This document shows, piece after piece, positions 28,667 through 41,700 of a DNA stretch of 62,000 nucleotides. The notes beneath the pieces were generated by a model. The model was given only the letters and a program-made list of their open reading frames with translations, was not told the DNA's origin and made no database searches. The stretch's first letter is position 1; each line of letters starts with the position of its first letter. Origin of the DNA: Lama guanicoe (lineage: Eukaryota); the NCBI GenBank assembly GCA_013239625.1, contig MU054212.1:5676270-5738269 (forward strand), read 5' to 3'. The position numbers and the translations under genes were made by a program.

Positions 28667-28684
28667 AAAAAAAAAAAAAGAAAA
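28667..28684 (+). mobile_element. Poly(A)-only insertion with perfect 15-bp TSD
   Basis: gaaaagctttgtctt (28652-28666) + A13GA4 + gaaaagctttgtctt (28685-28699). Confidence 0.65.
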
Positions 28685-31600
28685 GAAAAGCTTTGTCTTC
28701 AAAACTAAGTTCTTTCTATGTGAGTAATCTAAGTTGGTGCAGAAAATAACAAGTATGCTTGTGAAGCTACATTAATTGGTCATACTTATCAAAAAAAAAA
28801 AAGCTTAACAAGTTCCTGCTGAGAGCATACACTTATTAGACTTATTAGTTTAGCAAAATAATAGTAATATTAATTTAAAGCAACCGTGGCAGGTGGTAAG
28901 ATAACAAGAGAGTAGAGGACATGGGGCAATGGTCAAATCCTTCCCAAGTTTCACAAGTTTGATTTCAATTCAACAAGATGCACGTCCACAGGCTGAGTGA
29001 GAGAGAACATTTACAGTTACGGTCAGGGCTGGGAGGTATCTCTAAAGGAACAACTGTGTAGTTAGGCAGTAAAATAAAGTCCATCTAGCGTCCGGTAGTG
29101 CCTCTAATTTCAGAATCATTTTGAAATTCAAGTACTATTTAAATCAAATATTCACCCCAACTTAGAGAATTTGGTGACCATACATCACGACTTTGTCCTG
29201 ATACTGTTTTCAAATGGGAGTCTGAGAAACTCTAGTGTGCATTAACCTCACAATTTATTAACCGTCAAAGTTCAGGACGGGTCATTACTTGGCTAGATTC
29301 TGCAAATACCATCTTGACGTGTTAATAGCCCCTAGTAAGCAACAGGCTCTTCATGATCTATGCAGTTAAGTTGAAAAGGTGGATAAACTGTCACAATCTA
29401 CTCATTTGTTCATTTCTGTCAAGTACTGGCTGGTTCTAGACACAACCCAGACCACTGAAGCATCCACTTATCTTTCAGCAAGCTTTGACAATCTTTAATT
29501 TTAAAAGCCACAAATTCTTAAAATTCATAGACAATTAAACTATATATAAGAGCCTTAAAAAGAAAGATGTTTTAAAGATGGTGCACGATTCATTTCATAA
29601 TGTGTCCAAAGGAAGTAAATGTTTCATCTAAAATACACTTTAAATTTAGGAGCTAAGGACGTTTTCAAATGCTTTCATTAACTTTGAAACTCTTTTGGTC
29701 TGCTACTTCCATTGCAATTAAATGCGTATGGCAGATAAACTCACTTCAGGTTTTATTTTCAGTGCTTAAATTCTATTACTAATTGCAAATATAAAACAAT
29801 ACTATGAAGGACTACCTCAACAAATGTATTAATTTTGAACTTTGGAAAGTTTAAAATTATTCAATATTTCTGCATCAAATACGTGATTTAATAGGGTGAT
29901 CCAAGCATGATGTCGAAGAGCAACTTAGAGAAAATTTAAGTGTCTTTCCAATTTGTTTAATAAAAAATATTTTTGCTAGATCCATTTTTTTCTGCATGCA
30001 TACTTAAAGACCATATTATTTGTCAAGGTCAATAACATTTTATTTGAAGCCTTAATGACTTTGTGTAAATCAATGAGAAAAGTAAATCTATTGCAGAGAA
30101 ATTAATTTATCGATATATCTTCCTAAGTGGTTAATCTCCCCAATATTTTAATATTTTATGCAATATTCTGTGCTAGGTCCAGCATCTAGTTGTAGGCAGT
30201 CAATAAATACTAGTGGAATAAGTGAAAAAATAAAGTCTCAAAAACTTGGAAAATTCCTTGTGAGTGAAAAAAAGAATATTAAGAAATTACTCATTATTTG
30301 CTTTAAAATTTTAAGCTCACTCATGTTAATAGTCTAACCATCAGGAGGCCCCCGGATGGTTTCTGTTTTCAAAGCATACAGTTCCCCTTTTAAATATTTA
30401 TATACTTTGCATTTATATGAAAGATTTACTAGATTGTAATACTGCTAAAAAAATGTCAAGAAAATACTCAGTTACTAAAGCTACAATTAATTTTGGTTTT
30501 TACTGATTTTACAAAAGGGATAATTTTATAAATATTTTTTAAATATTTGAAAATTTGAACTAATTTTTGGATTACCCCTATTTACTCCAAATAATAAATG
30601 GAGAATATATAAATTTGGGTCTATCAATTATTTAGTCTACAGACAATGATGGGTAAATATAAGGTATCAGCGGTTCCCTGCAATAATTTCAGCCTGCCAA
30701 GTTCCTAGCTTCAGGTTTGGTTCCACTGACCCAAGGAAAATAAATAATATAAATATAAAACAAGACTCTCATTTCTCCACAAGGGCATCATGCTCTCTGA
30801 ACTCTGACCTCCTATAGATATTCTGGATTTCCAACACCTCGCATAGCATCTGACGCATAATCAGAACTCAATCCACATTTATTGCATGAATAAATAAATT
30901 CTTGGATTCCACTAACTGGCAGATGTCTAGAAATTCATTATCCATCGCTTCCTCAAATTACTTCACTGACAGAGTATTTTTTTGTTTTAGTAGTTGATGT
31001 GTATTCCTACCCAAAGCATTTGTTGGAATCTGAGTATGGGTGTAAGAGGGGCATTTTGAGGCAATCTCTGCATGCTATACGTGTGTCTTTGCACTACCTG
31101 CTTCACAAAAAGAAGACTTCTGGGAAATGCCCTCTTTAAAGAGAAAGTAACTCCTGAGGGTCAAACTGCTTTTTATAAAAGATCCTGTCATGGAGGAACC
31201 CTGGCCCTAGCAGGTTTCACAGGTAAGCTCTCATTCAATGCTGAAAGCCCCTATTTCTAGAATTAGGAAGAAAGGACTGTGGAGATCTAGCCCCATGAAG
31301 CTTTTTCTAAATTCAAAAGTCTTGATAACAAAGAGAAGACAATGAGAGGAGGAGAATCTTGAGTACATTGTGAGGAGTTTGCAGCAAAGACATACACACC
31401 AACACAGACAGACAGAGGCTGAGATCACCCATCCTCCAGAAGGAAGATACATAACAGATAAGCAGCAGCAGTAAATGGTTAAACAAATGTTTGGAGAGGA
31501 GTACCCAGCATTTAATGAGCTATTTTAGATTCTGGTTGTATAAATAAAATGGGCACGAAACTTTCCCATCCAGAGTCTCATCCTCAACTTGTGTTGAGGA

Positions 31601-32709
31601 GAAGCAACTTATCATGGGGCATCTAAGTGCCTCACAGATGAGTAACGTCAACCAACTGTTGAACAAACACCAGGAAAGTAGTACTTGCCCCTCAGAAAAA
31701 CAATTCGGATGTGGGCTGATGTGAGCAAGTGAGTGATGACTGCAGAGACACCTGCCGGGGTGTGTCCTGATGAGGCAACGGTGGAGGGAAGAGAGGAGGA
31801 TAACCCACAAGCTGTACCATCCCTTTGCAGCCCACTCCGCAGCAGAAAAAGGAAGCTCACCCATGTCTCCTCGCGGAGTCAAAATAAAACACAGCCGGTC
31901 ACAGCAGAGCTAACCCAATAAACAATCACTTGCCAAATTCTGTCTCTTTCAACTCTCCAGGCTTTGGCTGTTTGTGACTCTGACATAAAGTTTCTTCTAG
32001 GATGAGGCACTGGCCACCCTTCTTCCCACGTCCTTCTCCATCTGCCAACATCCTCCACATCCCTGACATCAAGATGCACCTCTGTGAAGACCCCTCTCAC
32101 TCGTTAAAGAAGATTTGTGTTCTCTCTCTGCTTTCCTCCTAGAGAATTTTGTGCAAACTTCTGTTACAGAAGTGGTCATGTGACGTTTTAATTCCTTTTT
32201 ACCTGCGTATAATCTTTCAGTGGACCGTGTTAGTTAACAGCACACATTCCTTATACCCTCAGATCCTGGCCCAATGTGTGCTCCGCGAATCCTTGCTGAT
32301 GCTTCAGTGCCCATGAGTATAGCCCTCCCTGAGCCCCTGGCAGTCTCCACGGAGGTGCTCGAGTTGGCCCCGGCACCCCCTCCAGTGGGCAGCAAGGTTA
32401 GCACTACCTCTTGTCCCTCTTGTGTTCTCAAGGATCCTTAAAGCCATGTCTCCAGCGTCTTCAGGATTCTTAAATAGTGAGGCTGAGATTATGCAGAGAG
32501 AGAAGAACTACTCAAGTATCTTGAATAAAATAAAGACCAGGAGGCAACGTTCCAGGATTTGCGAAAGTTTTATCAACAGGCTCAGATGACTTCCCACAGG
32601 ACCATTCATAACCTGGCTCCTACTTATGCTTCTGGTTTCATCTCTCACCCCTTCCCTTAACAGGCTTCATTTCACCTCTGTTAAACTAACTCACCATGAT
32701 TTTCATGCC

Positions 32710-32860
32710 CTCATTTAATCCCCACAAACCCTTGCCTATTATACAGATGTCATTATCTCCATTTTTCAAATGAGGAAACTGAGACTCATGGACACTGACT
32801 GATTTGGCCACAGTCACACAGTGGAAGATCCAGGATTTGATCTCAGTTTGACTCCAAAAT
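32710..32860 (-). mobile_element. MIR SINE
   Basis: cattatctccatttttcaaatgaggaaactgagactca...ggccacagtcacacag. Confidence 0.8.
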
Positions 32861-33067
32861 TTGTCTTCTCTCCTTCTATGTCAAGCAGTTCTCCTTATTA
32901 ACAGAAACATTCAGATTGTTCTCCATTGCTGAAAAGGCCAGAAACTGGCAATAGCAAACCACAGAATACCCCCAGGATCGCTGTGTCTCTACTCATTTGG
33001 TTAACAGTTGTGATACATGCACCATGACAACACAGGAATAAATTCTTATTAATTAAGCTTCTATATC

Positions 33068-33230
33068 AGAGGCTTTCAAATATTAAGATACATCCAACCT
33101 ACTTTGGACACTTACTAAAAATAGAGTTATCTGGGTCCCCCTCTTTAGAAATGCAAACTTAGTAAATATACAGTAAGGCCCAAGAATCAGTATTTTAAGA
33201 ACATTTTGAGATAGTTTTCATTACACTTTA
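33068..33230. mobile_element. MER5-like hAT-Charlie MITE remnant
   Basis: cagaggctttcaaa...ttactaaaaatagagttatctgggtcccc...ggcccaagaatcagtattttaa. Confidence 0.5.
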
Positions 33231-34466
33231 TTTGATGTGCAAGGCATCAAACTTAACAATTCTGAAAAGAAGTAAGTATGTTTGACGGTAAAAACTTTCC
33301 TAAGATCTTACAGTTACTCCTCGACATCTGAGGATAAGAGCTGATGAGATAATACTGACACTAGGTTTCTGATAGAATTGGGCATTTTTCTTATACTTAC
33401 TTCTCAATCAGTATCTCTGAACGTATACAGATTTTCCTGGGTGTTTTTCTCACTGACTCTTAAGTCCACAATTTTGTGACTCATAATATACTAGTTTGAC
33501 TGCTTGGATGTGCAGTTCCAGAGGTTAGTCATCAGCATCTTATAGTACCTAGTTGATTGTATCACGGAGTTTTGATGATGTCTGCAGTTGCTTGAGTTGA
33601 AAAACCCTCCCAAGAACCAGATCCATGTTTTAAAAACCTGTTCCCAGGTTTCCTGCAGTTAACTTTGTCCTAATGGCCAAAAAATATGCACTGTTCACTG
33701 ACTTCAACTGTAAATTTATTCTTAAAATCCCCAGTGGTATAAAAATGAAAAAAAAAATCACTGTTTGAGATCATGTGTTGAGAAAATAAATACAACAGAT
33801 ACTAAATACTTTTCAAGATGTTGTGATGGAAGTAACTGTGGAAGATTGAGTCTAGAACAATGCTGTAAAAATTAAGGTGCTAGAATTTCTGAAAAATAGG
33901 GCTTTAATTCAATCCAACTTGGGAGTTCCAGGCAACGCTAGAGAAACAGAGGGAAGAAGACATGCTCCTCAACTTTAAGGAGGTTTTAATTTCTTAGGAA
34001 GCAAGTACAAATATCTAGAGAGCAATTCACACCATCATAAATACCAGTTCCTATGGCCATACCCTAAGTCTTGGGAAACTGTTCTACCTCTAACAGATAA
34101 ATTCTAATATATGAAAGTTTAGCACCACAACCTACTGTCTTCCCATAAATCTCATTCCTTTCTCCTAATACATATATCTTTGACCTCCTGAGACCTCCAG
34201 ACCCTTATACCCTGCATTTCTTCAAAATTAATCACTCAAGGGACCTATTCCTCACTCCCTTCCTCCCTTTCCAGAATATACTCCACAGTCGTTTTGGATT
34301 CCCTTGTCAATACCTGCCTTCACATTATTCTAGGTGACTCTGGAATTCACCAGTAATCACCTATTTTCAAATTTTTTGGCTTCTTCTTAGTATTGACCAT
34401 TATCTTCTCAGATCTTTCAACGAAGTTTGAAATACACATTCCTTCTTCTTGAAACTCCCTGTTGCT

Positions 34467-35350
34467 TTCATTCATTCAGTTATTAATTTAAAAATATTTA
34501 TTGGGCACTTTCATGTGCTAGGTTCCAGGAATACAATTTTGAATAACAACAACAAAAATCGCCCCTGTTCTCATGGATAGAACAGTCTAGTGGTGGAGAC
34601 AGAGAGTAACAATCACACAAGTACTTGTACACTTGCACGTATGATACCTGCAAGGGAGAGGAAGTATGAGGGCCCTGCAAGCTCCTTATGAGTAGAATGT
34701 GGTTCGAGATGAGACTGGAGCATAGCCAAGTGTCAGACAATTCAGGACTTTGTAGCCTAGACTAAAAACTTTTGCTCCCCTTTAGGCTAAAAGTCAATGA
34801 ATGTTTTAAAAACACATTTATAAACTTGGGTTTTTGCTCTTGAAAATACCATTTCCAGCACTAGTGTAGTAAACATATTGAAGGCTAGCCGGAGTGAATG
34901 CAGACCTGGTAGGAAGTTGCAACAAAAATCTGGATGAGGGACAATAATCACTTGACTAAGGCAATGATGGAGAGAAGGGAATGAATTTGAGAGATATTTT
35001 AGACGCAAAATCAATAGAATTTGGTGACAGATTGGAAATGGAAGGTTAAGAATAAAAAGGTGTCAATAATATCTCTTGAGCTTCAGTCTTGACCAACTTG
35101 ACAGATGATGGTCTTATTGCCTGGGAAAGGACACTGGTCAAGAGAGAGAGCATGAGTTTTCAACATGCTGAGTCTGAGCTGTATTTCAAACTTCCAAAAG
35201 GAGATGTCAAACAGGCATTTGGATGCGTAAGTCTGAAGTTCAGAGTGAAAAGGGCCTGGACTGTGTAGATCTACCTGCAGGTTTTTATTGCATGACATCA
35301 ATCTAGAGCTACAGATGGGGAAAGGAACCTAGGACCAAGCCTCAGGAAAC
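34467..35350 (-). mobile_element. L2 LINE 3' fragment
   Basis: ttcattcattca...atatttattgggcac tail; gatatttt..aaaatcaatagaatttggtgacagattgga; ggagatgtcaaacaggcatttggatg. Confidence 0.8.
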
Positions 35351-35379
35351 AATGCGTCGAACGGGCTAAATTAGAGACT

Positions 35380-38300
35380 AGAAATTGTTGCATTAAAGTG
35401 CATGTCAATTTAAATTTTTGTTAGCTATGGTCAAATCACCTTCCTGAAACATTTTACCAACTGGAACTTCTGCTTTTAGTCAAGGAGATGATTTCCTGTT
35501 TGCTTACCTCCTCCGCAGCAATGGGCATTGTCTATTGTTTTTGTCATCAAACGCTAATCTGATCAGTGATATATTTTTACTTATTTTTCTTGCTGTTATT
35601 TGTATATCTAACTAAGGTTGAGCATCTTCTGTCTATTAATAATTTTATGTCCTTTTAAGTGAAAAGATCTACTTATGTCCTTTGCCTATTTTTCTTTGGG
35701 GTTGTCAACTTTTTTCTTACAGATTTGCAAGAGCTCACTATACATTATGGGAACCGAACTTTGCTACACAGGTAAAAAATATTTTATTCTTGCTTACCCT
35801 TCTCTTTCTTCATTATGCTTATTTGCTATATTCACATTTTCATTTTTATATTGCTAAAATGCATCAGTCTTTTAACTCTATGGGTTTAGACAGATATTCC
35901 CCACTTCGAAGTATTTTACTTTGCTCTTTTCTTCTATGACTGGATTCCTTTACATTTAAATCTTTTCTCCACCTAGAATTCTTTCTGGTATAAGGTGTAG
36001 GTTAATTTTGTTCTAAGTGTCTGGCCACCTGCCTCAACTCCATCTTTTGAATTGTGTACATTTTCTCAGTGATCTGAGAAGCCATCTGTATTTCAGACTA
36101 GGGATCTTTTTAACTATACATTAAATCTATTCCTGAAATTCTTAATCTATTTCATTGGTGTTTTTATTCATTTTCCAGTTCCAAAATGTGTTAATTACTG
36201 TAGCATTACGTTTAATATCTTAGCAGACCTGACTTTCCTCATTACTGAACTTTTCATATGCTAGAATTTAAATTTCTATTCTTGATTATTTGTTATTCTA
36301 CATGAATATGGAATCATTTTGTCAAATTCCACAAAAAAGAATTTTGGGTATTTTTTTTTATTATATTGTCTTTTTGCACAAAAACAAGGTATGTTTATTG
36401 ATTCGTGTCTTCATTTCTCTCAGGAAAGCTTTAAAGTTTTCATCATGCAAGTTCTACACATTTCTTCTCTGCTTCATTATGAAGTAGTTTATATTTATAG
36501 TTGCTACTATAAACAAGTACATTCTAACTAACTAATAATTATTTAAATTACTGAATTTTGTTACTAATTAGGTACTCAGCCACCTTAATAAATTTTCATG
36601 TTGCTTGCAGTAATTTTTTTATTGATTCTCTAGGAATTCCCATGTAGAAAAATGTATGATCTGTGAATAATCATAATTTCAACTTCCTTTCAATATTTAT
36701 ACTTGGCTATTACTCCCAGAAAATATTATGTAATAGTGGAATTATTTTTCTGATTAAAAAAATGTGTTTACCATTTTACCCTAAGCATAATGATAGATTT
36801 TTCTATGAAACATCATTTTTATCACATTAATGATCATTTCATTCCTTTATAGTTCATTCTTTCATTTAAAAATAGCTGATAAATTACATCAAGCTTTTTT
36901 AAGCACCTTTGGAAGTTATTTTTCTGAGTGGTTACAATGGTTAAATACTATAACAGATTTTTTTTTAACATTCAACCACCTTACCTTCCTAAACAGAATT
37001 CCAATAGGCTTAACTTATTCTTTTAATGTAATTCCCAGATTCATATGTCAGTATATTATTTCAAACTTCAGCAACTTTACTAGTGAATCATATTTTCCCA
37101 TTTGGTTTTGTTGTTCTTGTTGATTCTTGTTTTTGTTGTCTTTGTCTAACTTGTTTTCAGAATCACATTTTCATAATCTGTCAATGACTAAAGATACAAA
37201 TTCATAATCTGTCAATGACCAAAGATATAAATTAAAATCTCAGTTCTGTCTCTTTCCCTTGCATTGTTTTCCTTTGAGCATGGTATGCTATTTTTTGATG
37301 CACAAGTGTTCATGACAATGACATTTTCACTATATTATCTCCTTTAAGAATGTTTGTCTTTAATTAAATTTTATCAATAATATATGCTACTCCTGCTTTT
37401 TGTTTGTATATATTGGTGCTAAAAATATTTAGAAGACTGGACATTAAAAACATGATATTTTCTAGAGTTTAAAATGCCCCAAATCAAGTATTTTTCAGTT
37501 GTCTCATAAAATACCCTTGATTGTTACTCTTCATTGCCATTGGATGTTCTATGATTCAATTAAGAATCAAATACTGTGTTGATGTCTCTTTAGTTTCCTT
37601 TAATCTAACACAATCCCCCACTATATTTTTATATCATAACACTGACATTTCTTTAAAATTCAGGTCATTTTATCATAGAGTATGCCAAAATTGAGATTTT
37701 TCTGATCATTTTCTCATTTGAATATTCGAGTCAAACATTTTGGACAAGAATACTACATGGGTGACATTATATAGTTTTGATTTCATCATGTAAGGAGATG
37801 CATGTTTTCAGTTTATTCCATTTTTGGCAATGCTTAGTTTTGATCCATTGGTGAGATGGTGTGATATTTTGAAACCATGTAAATACCGGGCTTCCCAGCA
37901 AAGCTTCACTCATAGCCTAGCAAAGCTTCACTCAATAGTATTAACACCAACTGATGATCTTTACCGGAATCATTTATTATGTTGCTAGGTACAATGTTAA
38001 AATTTTCTAATTCTACTATTTTTTCTATATTGATTAGCTGACAATCTTCTCTAAAGAAGAGCCTACTCTTCATCACCCCTGTCCCTTCTGAAGAACACTG
38101 TGGACCCATGCATTCTTTTTTTTTTTCCTTGTGTCATAGCTCATTAGCATCATGACTGTTTTTGATGGTTTTTGCACCAAGGACACTAAACTATGATCAT
38201 TTAGCAGATGTCTTTGTTATTAGGAGATATATACGGTAGTATTTAGAAATGGAGTGTCATGATATATGCAACATATGCAACTTTCAAATTATTCAAAACA

Positions 38301-38410
38301 TACAAGTACACAAACTGTACAAAAGATATCCAAGAAGTTTGTTTGTAAATAAAGAGAGAGCTAATGTGGCAAAATATTATACATTTTATGACTGGATAAA
38401 AGTTTGATTT
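35380..38410. mobile_element. Composite of old L1M fragments (mostly antisense)
   Basis: ggttgagcatcttc...tcctttgcctatttttctttggggttgtc; tgtctctttagtttcctttaatct..; no intact ORF. Confidence 0.6.
37170..37231 (+). repeat. 31-bp tandem duplication (2 copies, 2 mismatches)
   Basis: ttcataatctgtcaatgactaaagatacaaa / ttcataatctgtcaatgaccaaagatataaa. Confidence 0.9.
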
Positions 38411-38559
38411 TTTTTAAGGAAAAAAGGAGAAGAAAAAAAGACAAACAAAATATTAAAAGCTGATAAGTTCTTACACCAAACCTCAGATAGATTCCTTTTT
38501 CTTCCATTGTCCCCAATTTCAAAAGGAGGGGAGTGTTCCCCTCCAGTCCCCATCACTTT

Positions 38560-39200
38560 TTTCCTCCACCCCCATTAAATCTGCCACCTGGTACTGTCTG
38601 TTTTACCTCCATCATACTTCTGTCTCCCTTTCCCTTCCCACTGAAACCACACTATTCCAGGTTCATTACCTAAACCATTATGGTGGTCTCCAAATTCATC
38701 CCTCTCTCTCTCTAATGTCTTTTCTTTATCCATTTGCCACAAAGCTTCCAGGACAAATTCCTTAAGCACAACTTTGACTAGGTCAGTACCTTGCTCAGAA
38801 GCCCACCATGGTTCTCTGTCTGCCGTAGAATCCCATCCAAATTCCTCAGCAGGGCATTCAAAGTCTTCCACATTCTGTTAACTCAGCCCTGCTCCCTCTA
38901 ACAATACAGGTAGTGTACTTAGGTCCAATTGGACTCCTTGTTGGCCTGAAAAATACATATTCCTTTCTGCCTTCTTTCCCATCTACATCTTCACCTGAAA
39001 ACTTCAAAATCTACCTCTTCTGTGAAGTGCTCTCCAATTCCCTTAATGTGGAAATTATTTCCTTTCTGCAGGACTCAGAACATTAGAGGCCTTTCCTGTT
39101 GTACATACATCAGTGTGCCTTATTGTAATAGAGACAAGCCTCATCACCCTTTTGAGATCCAGTCACAATTCTCATAGACTGTACACACACCCCTAAATGG
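38560..39200 (+). mobile_element. L2 fragment
   Basis: Pyrimidine-rich; cttgctcagaagcccaccatggttctc...aaattcctcagcagggcattcaaagtcttccaca. Confidence 0.65.
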
Positions 39201-39509
39201 AAAACATTCTATACAGATATCAATGGATATATTACTCTGAAACATACTGATGTCATTATCATCATCAAAAGCAGGGTCTTCAAAACCGAAAGGCAATGGT
39301 GGAAAATCTTAAAACCATGGAAGATGATTGCAATTTGTTTGTGCCAGATACACTAAATAGCCTGGAGACATAAGTTTGCCTCCAATTCGCTTAAGACTTC
39401 CTCAGCCGAGAGAAAGAACTGAGTAGATTTAATTAGAGGGAGCTGAATTGATAACAGGAGTTGAGACTTAAAATAAGACAGAAGATAATAAAAGCAATGA
39501 AGCTTCAAC

Positions 39510-39712
39510 CTCTCTGCACTGGGCCATATGGTAACCACTGGCCACATATGGTTATTTAAATTTAAATAAAGTTAAAAATTCAGTTCCTTAGTCATATTAG
39601 TTACATTTCAAGTGATCAATAGCCACCTATGGTTAGTGGCTACCATATTGGATAGCACAGATAGAGAACCTTTCCACAGTTCAGAAAGTTGTCTACTGGA
39701 CAACGCTGTTCT
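39510..39712. mobile_element. MER3-like hAT-Charlie MITE
   Basis: atatggtaaccactggccacatatggttatttaaatt...tagccacctatggttagtggctaccatattggatagcacag with the internal inverted repeat typical of MER3. Confidence 0.8.
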
Positions 39713-41199
39713 AAGGACAGTAAGATGAGTAGGAAAGAGAAAAAGGCAGAGAAAGAGCTGAAGGAGGAGGGGTGGTGACTCATACACTCCCTTTCCCATT
39801 TGTTACTTAATGTCACTAGTCCTCATGTGACAATTAAGATGCCACGGTTCTGCAACGTTGGGGTTCTGCCAACGCCTCTCCAGAAAGCTGCTGGAGAGAT
39901 TGCTGTCTTATGAATGCTGGTTGGTTGGCTGGTTGGGACTGCTGGAGCAGGGCATTGAGTTAGGGGTGGAGCTGGGTTGGGTGTGGGGAAGAGTCATTCC
40001 ACAGATAAAGAGGGCCTGTGCACACCTTAGTACCATGCCCAGAATTCAGGGTGAATAAAACACTCACTTGCCACTGGAAAGCTTGCAAGAGTAGGTTCTT
40101 TCATCTCTAGTACCCAGTGTGTCTTCAGTCATTCATGGTCATACAGTCAACATACTGATACATTGCCCAGACTAAGTCATAGGTCAGTACTCACACTCTA
40201 TCTTACTTGACTAATGAGAAATTTGGCCTGATCATCTCCTTTTATTTTATTTATTCACATCAACCAATTTCTATCATAAGTATTCTTCACCGCAAGAAGT
40301 ATAGGCAGCCTATCGCCTTCCCTCTAAGCTCTAATGAATAGCATGAAATTTCAAACCAATGTTGAGTTGCCTTCTCTGCCACACACCTTTCGTGAAATGA
40401 CAGCATCCTGTAGGGCCCCTGACCCTCAGAGATATCCTTCCTTTCTGGGAGCATTTTTAACATCCTTTTGACCATAATCAACATCTTATCAGCTAGATCT
40501 CTTGTTTCAGACTTCCCTTTCAAGCCCCACAGTCTTCCTGCCATGCACAATATTTATACTAGACATTGCCAGGTGAAGAGGAGAGAATCTTTAGAACACT
40601 GCCCAGCGCCGCCTTGTGAGATTCACTCTTTTCACAAACTTCAGAGCTGCATTCAGTTTCCTATCTGCATGTGTGGGCAGCCTTTTCAGCGTATTGCCTG
40701 TGCTCTAATTGGCTCGCTATGCAGATTCTTGGCTCTGTGCTTGGGAATTGTCGACTTTTAACCCACCTCACCTGAAGAGCAGCTTTTTCTGTTTCCATTA
40801 GTATTACAGGCTCTGATCCTCATTTTTAAAATTATCAACAGGATTTTAATTGGTGGTTTTGACTGTTTACTTTTAATCTGACTTGGTGATATTTTTAATT
40901 TTGTTTTACTGTATTTGAAAAGGACAGAACCTTAAAGAGAGAAAAACAATTGGGGAAAGAAGATATTTATTTAGAGAGAAAACAGAGCCTTCCCTGGACT
41001 TAGGCTGGTCACTTGAAGAGAACTATAACTGTAAGTATCATAGTTTTGCTAGTTTGAATTAATGCTTTAAAAAAATCCTCACTCTTACTATTAGCACATT
41101 TTCTGTCTCTCAAAAAACAACTTAGAAAATGACTGAATGTTTCCTAATATCCACTGAAATGGAAAGTTTCTAATTTTCTAATGTGACCTGAAGGTCTGG

Positions 41200-41700
41200 C
41201 CATAAGCAGAGGCCAGATAATCCTCTTAGAATATATAAACATCCCAACTACGCCTGCTTTTTTAATACGGGAAGACGCTAAACAGCCTGAACAAAGCACA
41301 GGGTGAGAAGTCCCTATCTGCCGTCCAGCTCTCCACACTCCTGGTCGTTTTAAATGCCCGCCACTGAAAACCTTCAGCAAGGGAGTGAATCTCCTGTGTC
41401 CCACAGAGAGCTGTCTTTCAGCTGGAAGAGGGTGTGTCCCTAAGCTTTTACCTGGGAGCAATGATGATCTTGTTAAGCATTTCAGGGAGACCAGCCCAAG
41501 TTTTTAGGGTGGGGATCTGGACAGGTTATACGTACCTTCAGTCCTGCTCCCAGAGAAGGCAGAAACACCTCAAAGCCTGCATGTAAGAACATCTACTGAG
41601 AAGTTATTTTAAGCAGACACCAGCTGAGTGGGGGGAAGAAAAAGAACAGAGAGAACAGACATAACTCCCTCGGTCTTGGATGTAAGAGAACCCAGCAGCG
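41200..41700 (+). promoter_or_regulatory. DSG1: DSG1 proximal promoter and 5'UTR (non-CpG-island)
   Basis: Directly upstream of the ATG; KLF/CACCC-type GGGTGTG (~41430) and GGGTGGGG (41507-41514), GRHL-like GACAGGTT (41520-41527), TATA-like TTATAC (41526-41531). The TSS cannot be fixed from sequence. Confidence 0.7.

Noticed and set aside
31590..32170. Possible ancient solo LTR
   Set aside because: Only vague TG...CA and compositional hints; no family or TSD could be assigned.
1..41200. Exons of DSC1, a DSG1 paralogue or a lncRNA upstream
   Set aside because: No cadherin-like translation in the ORF track or by eye; lncRNA exons cannot be supported without transcript data.
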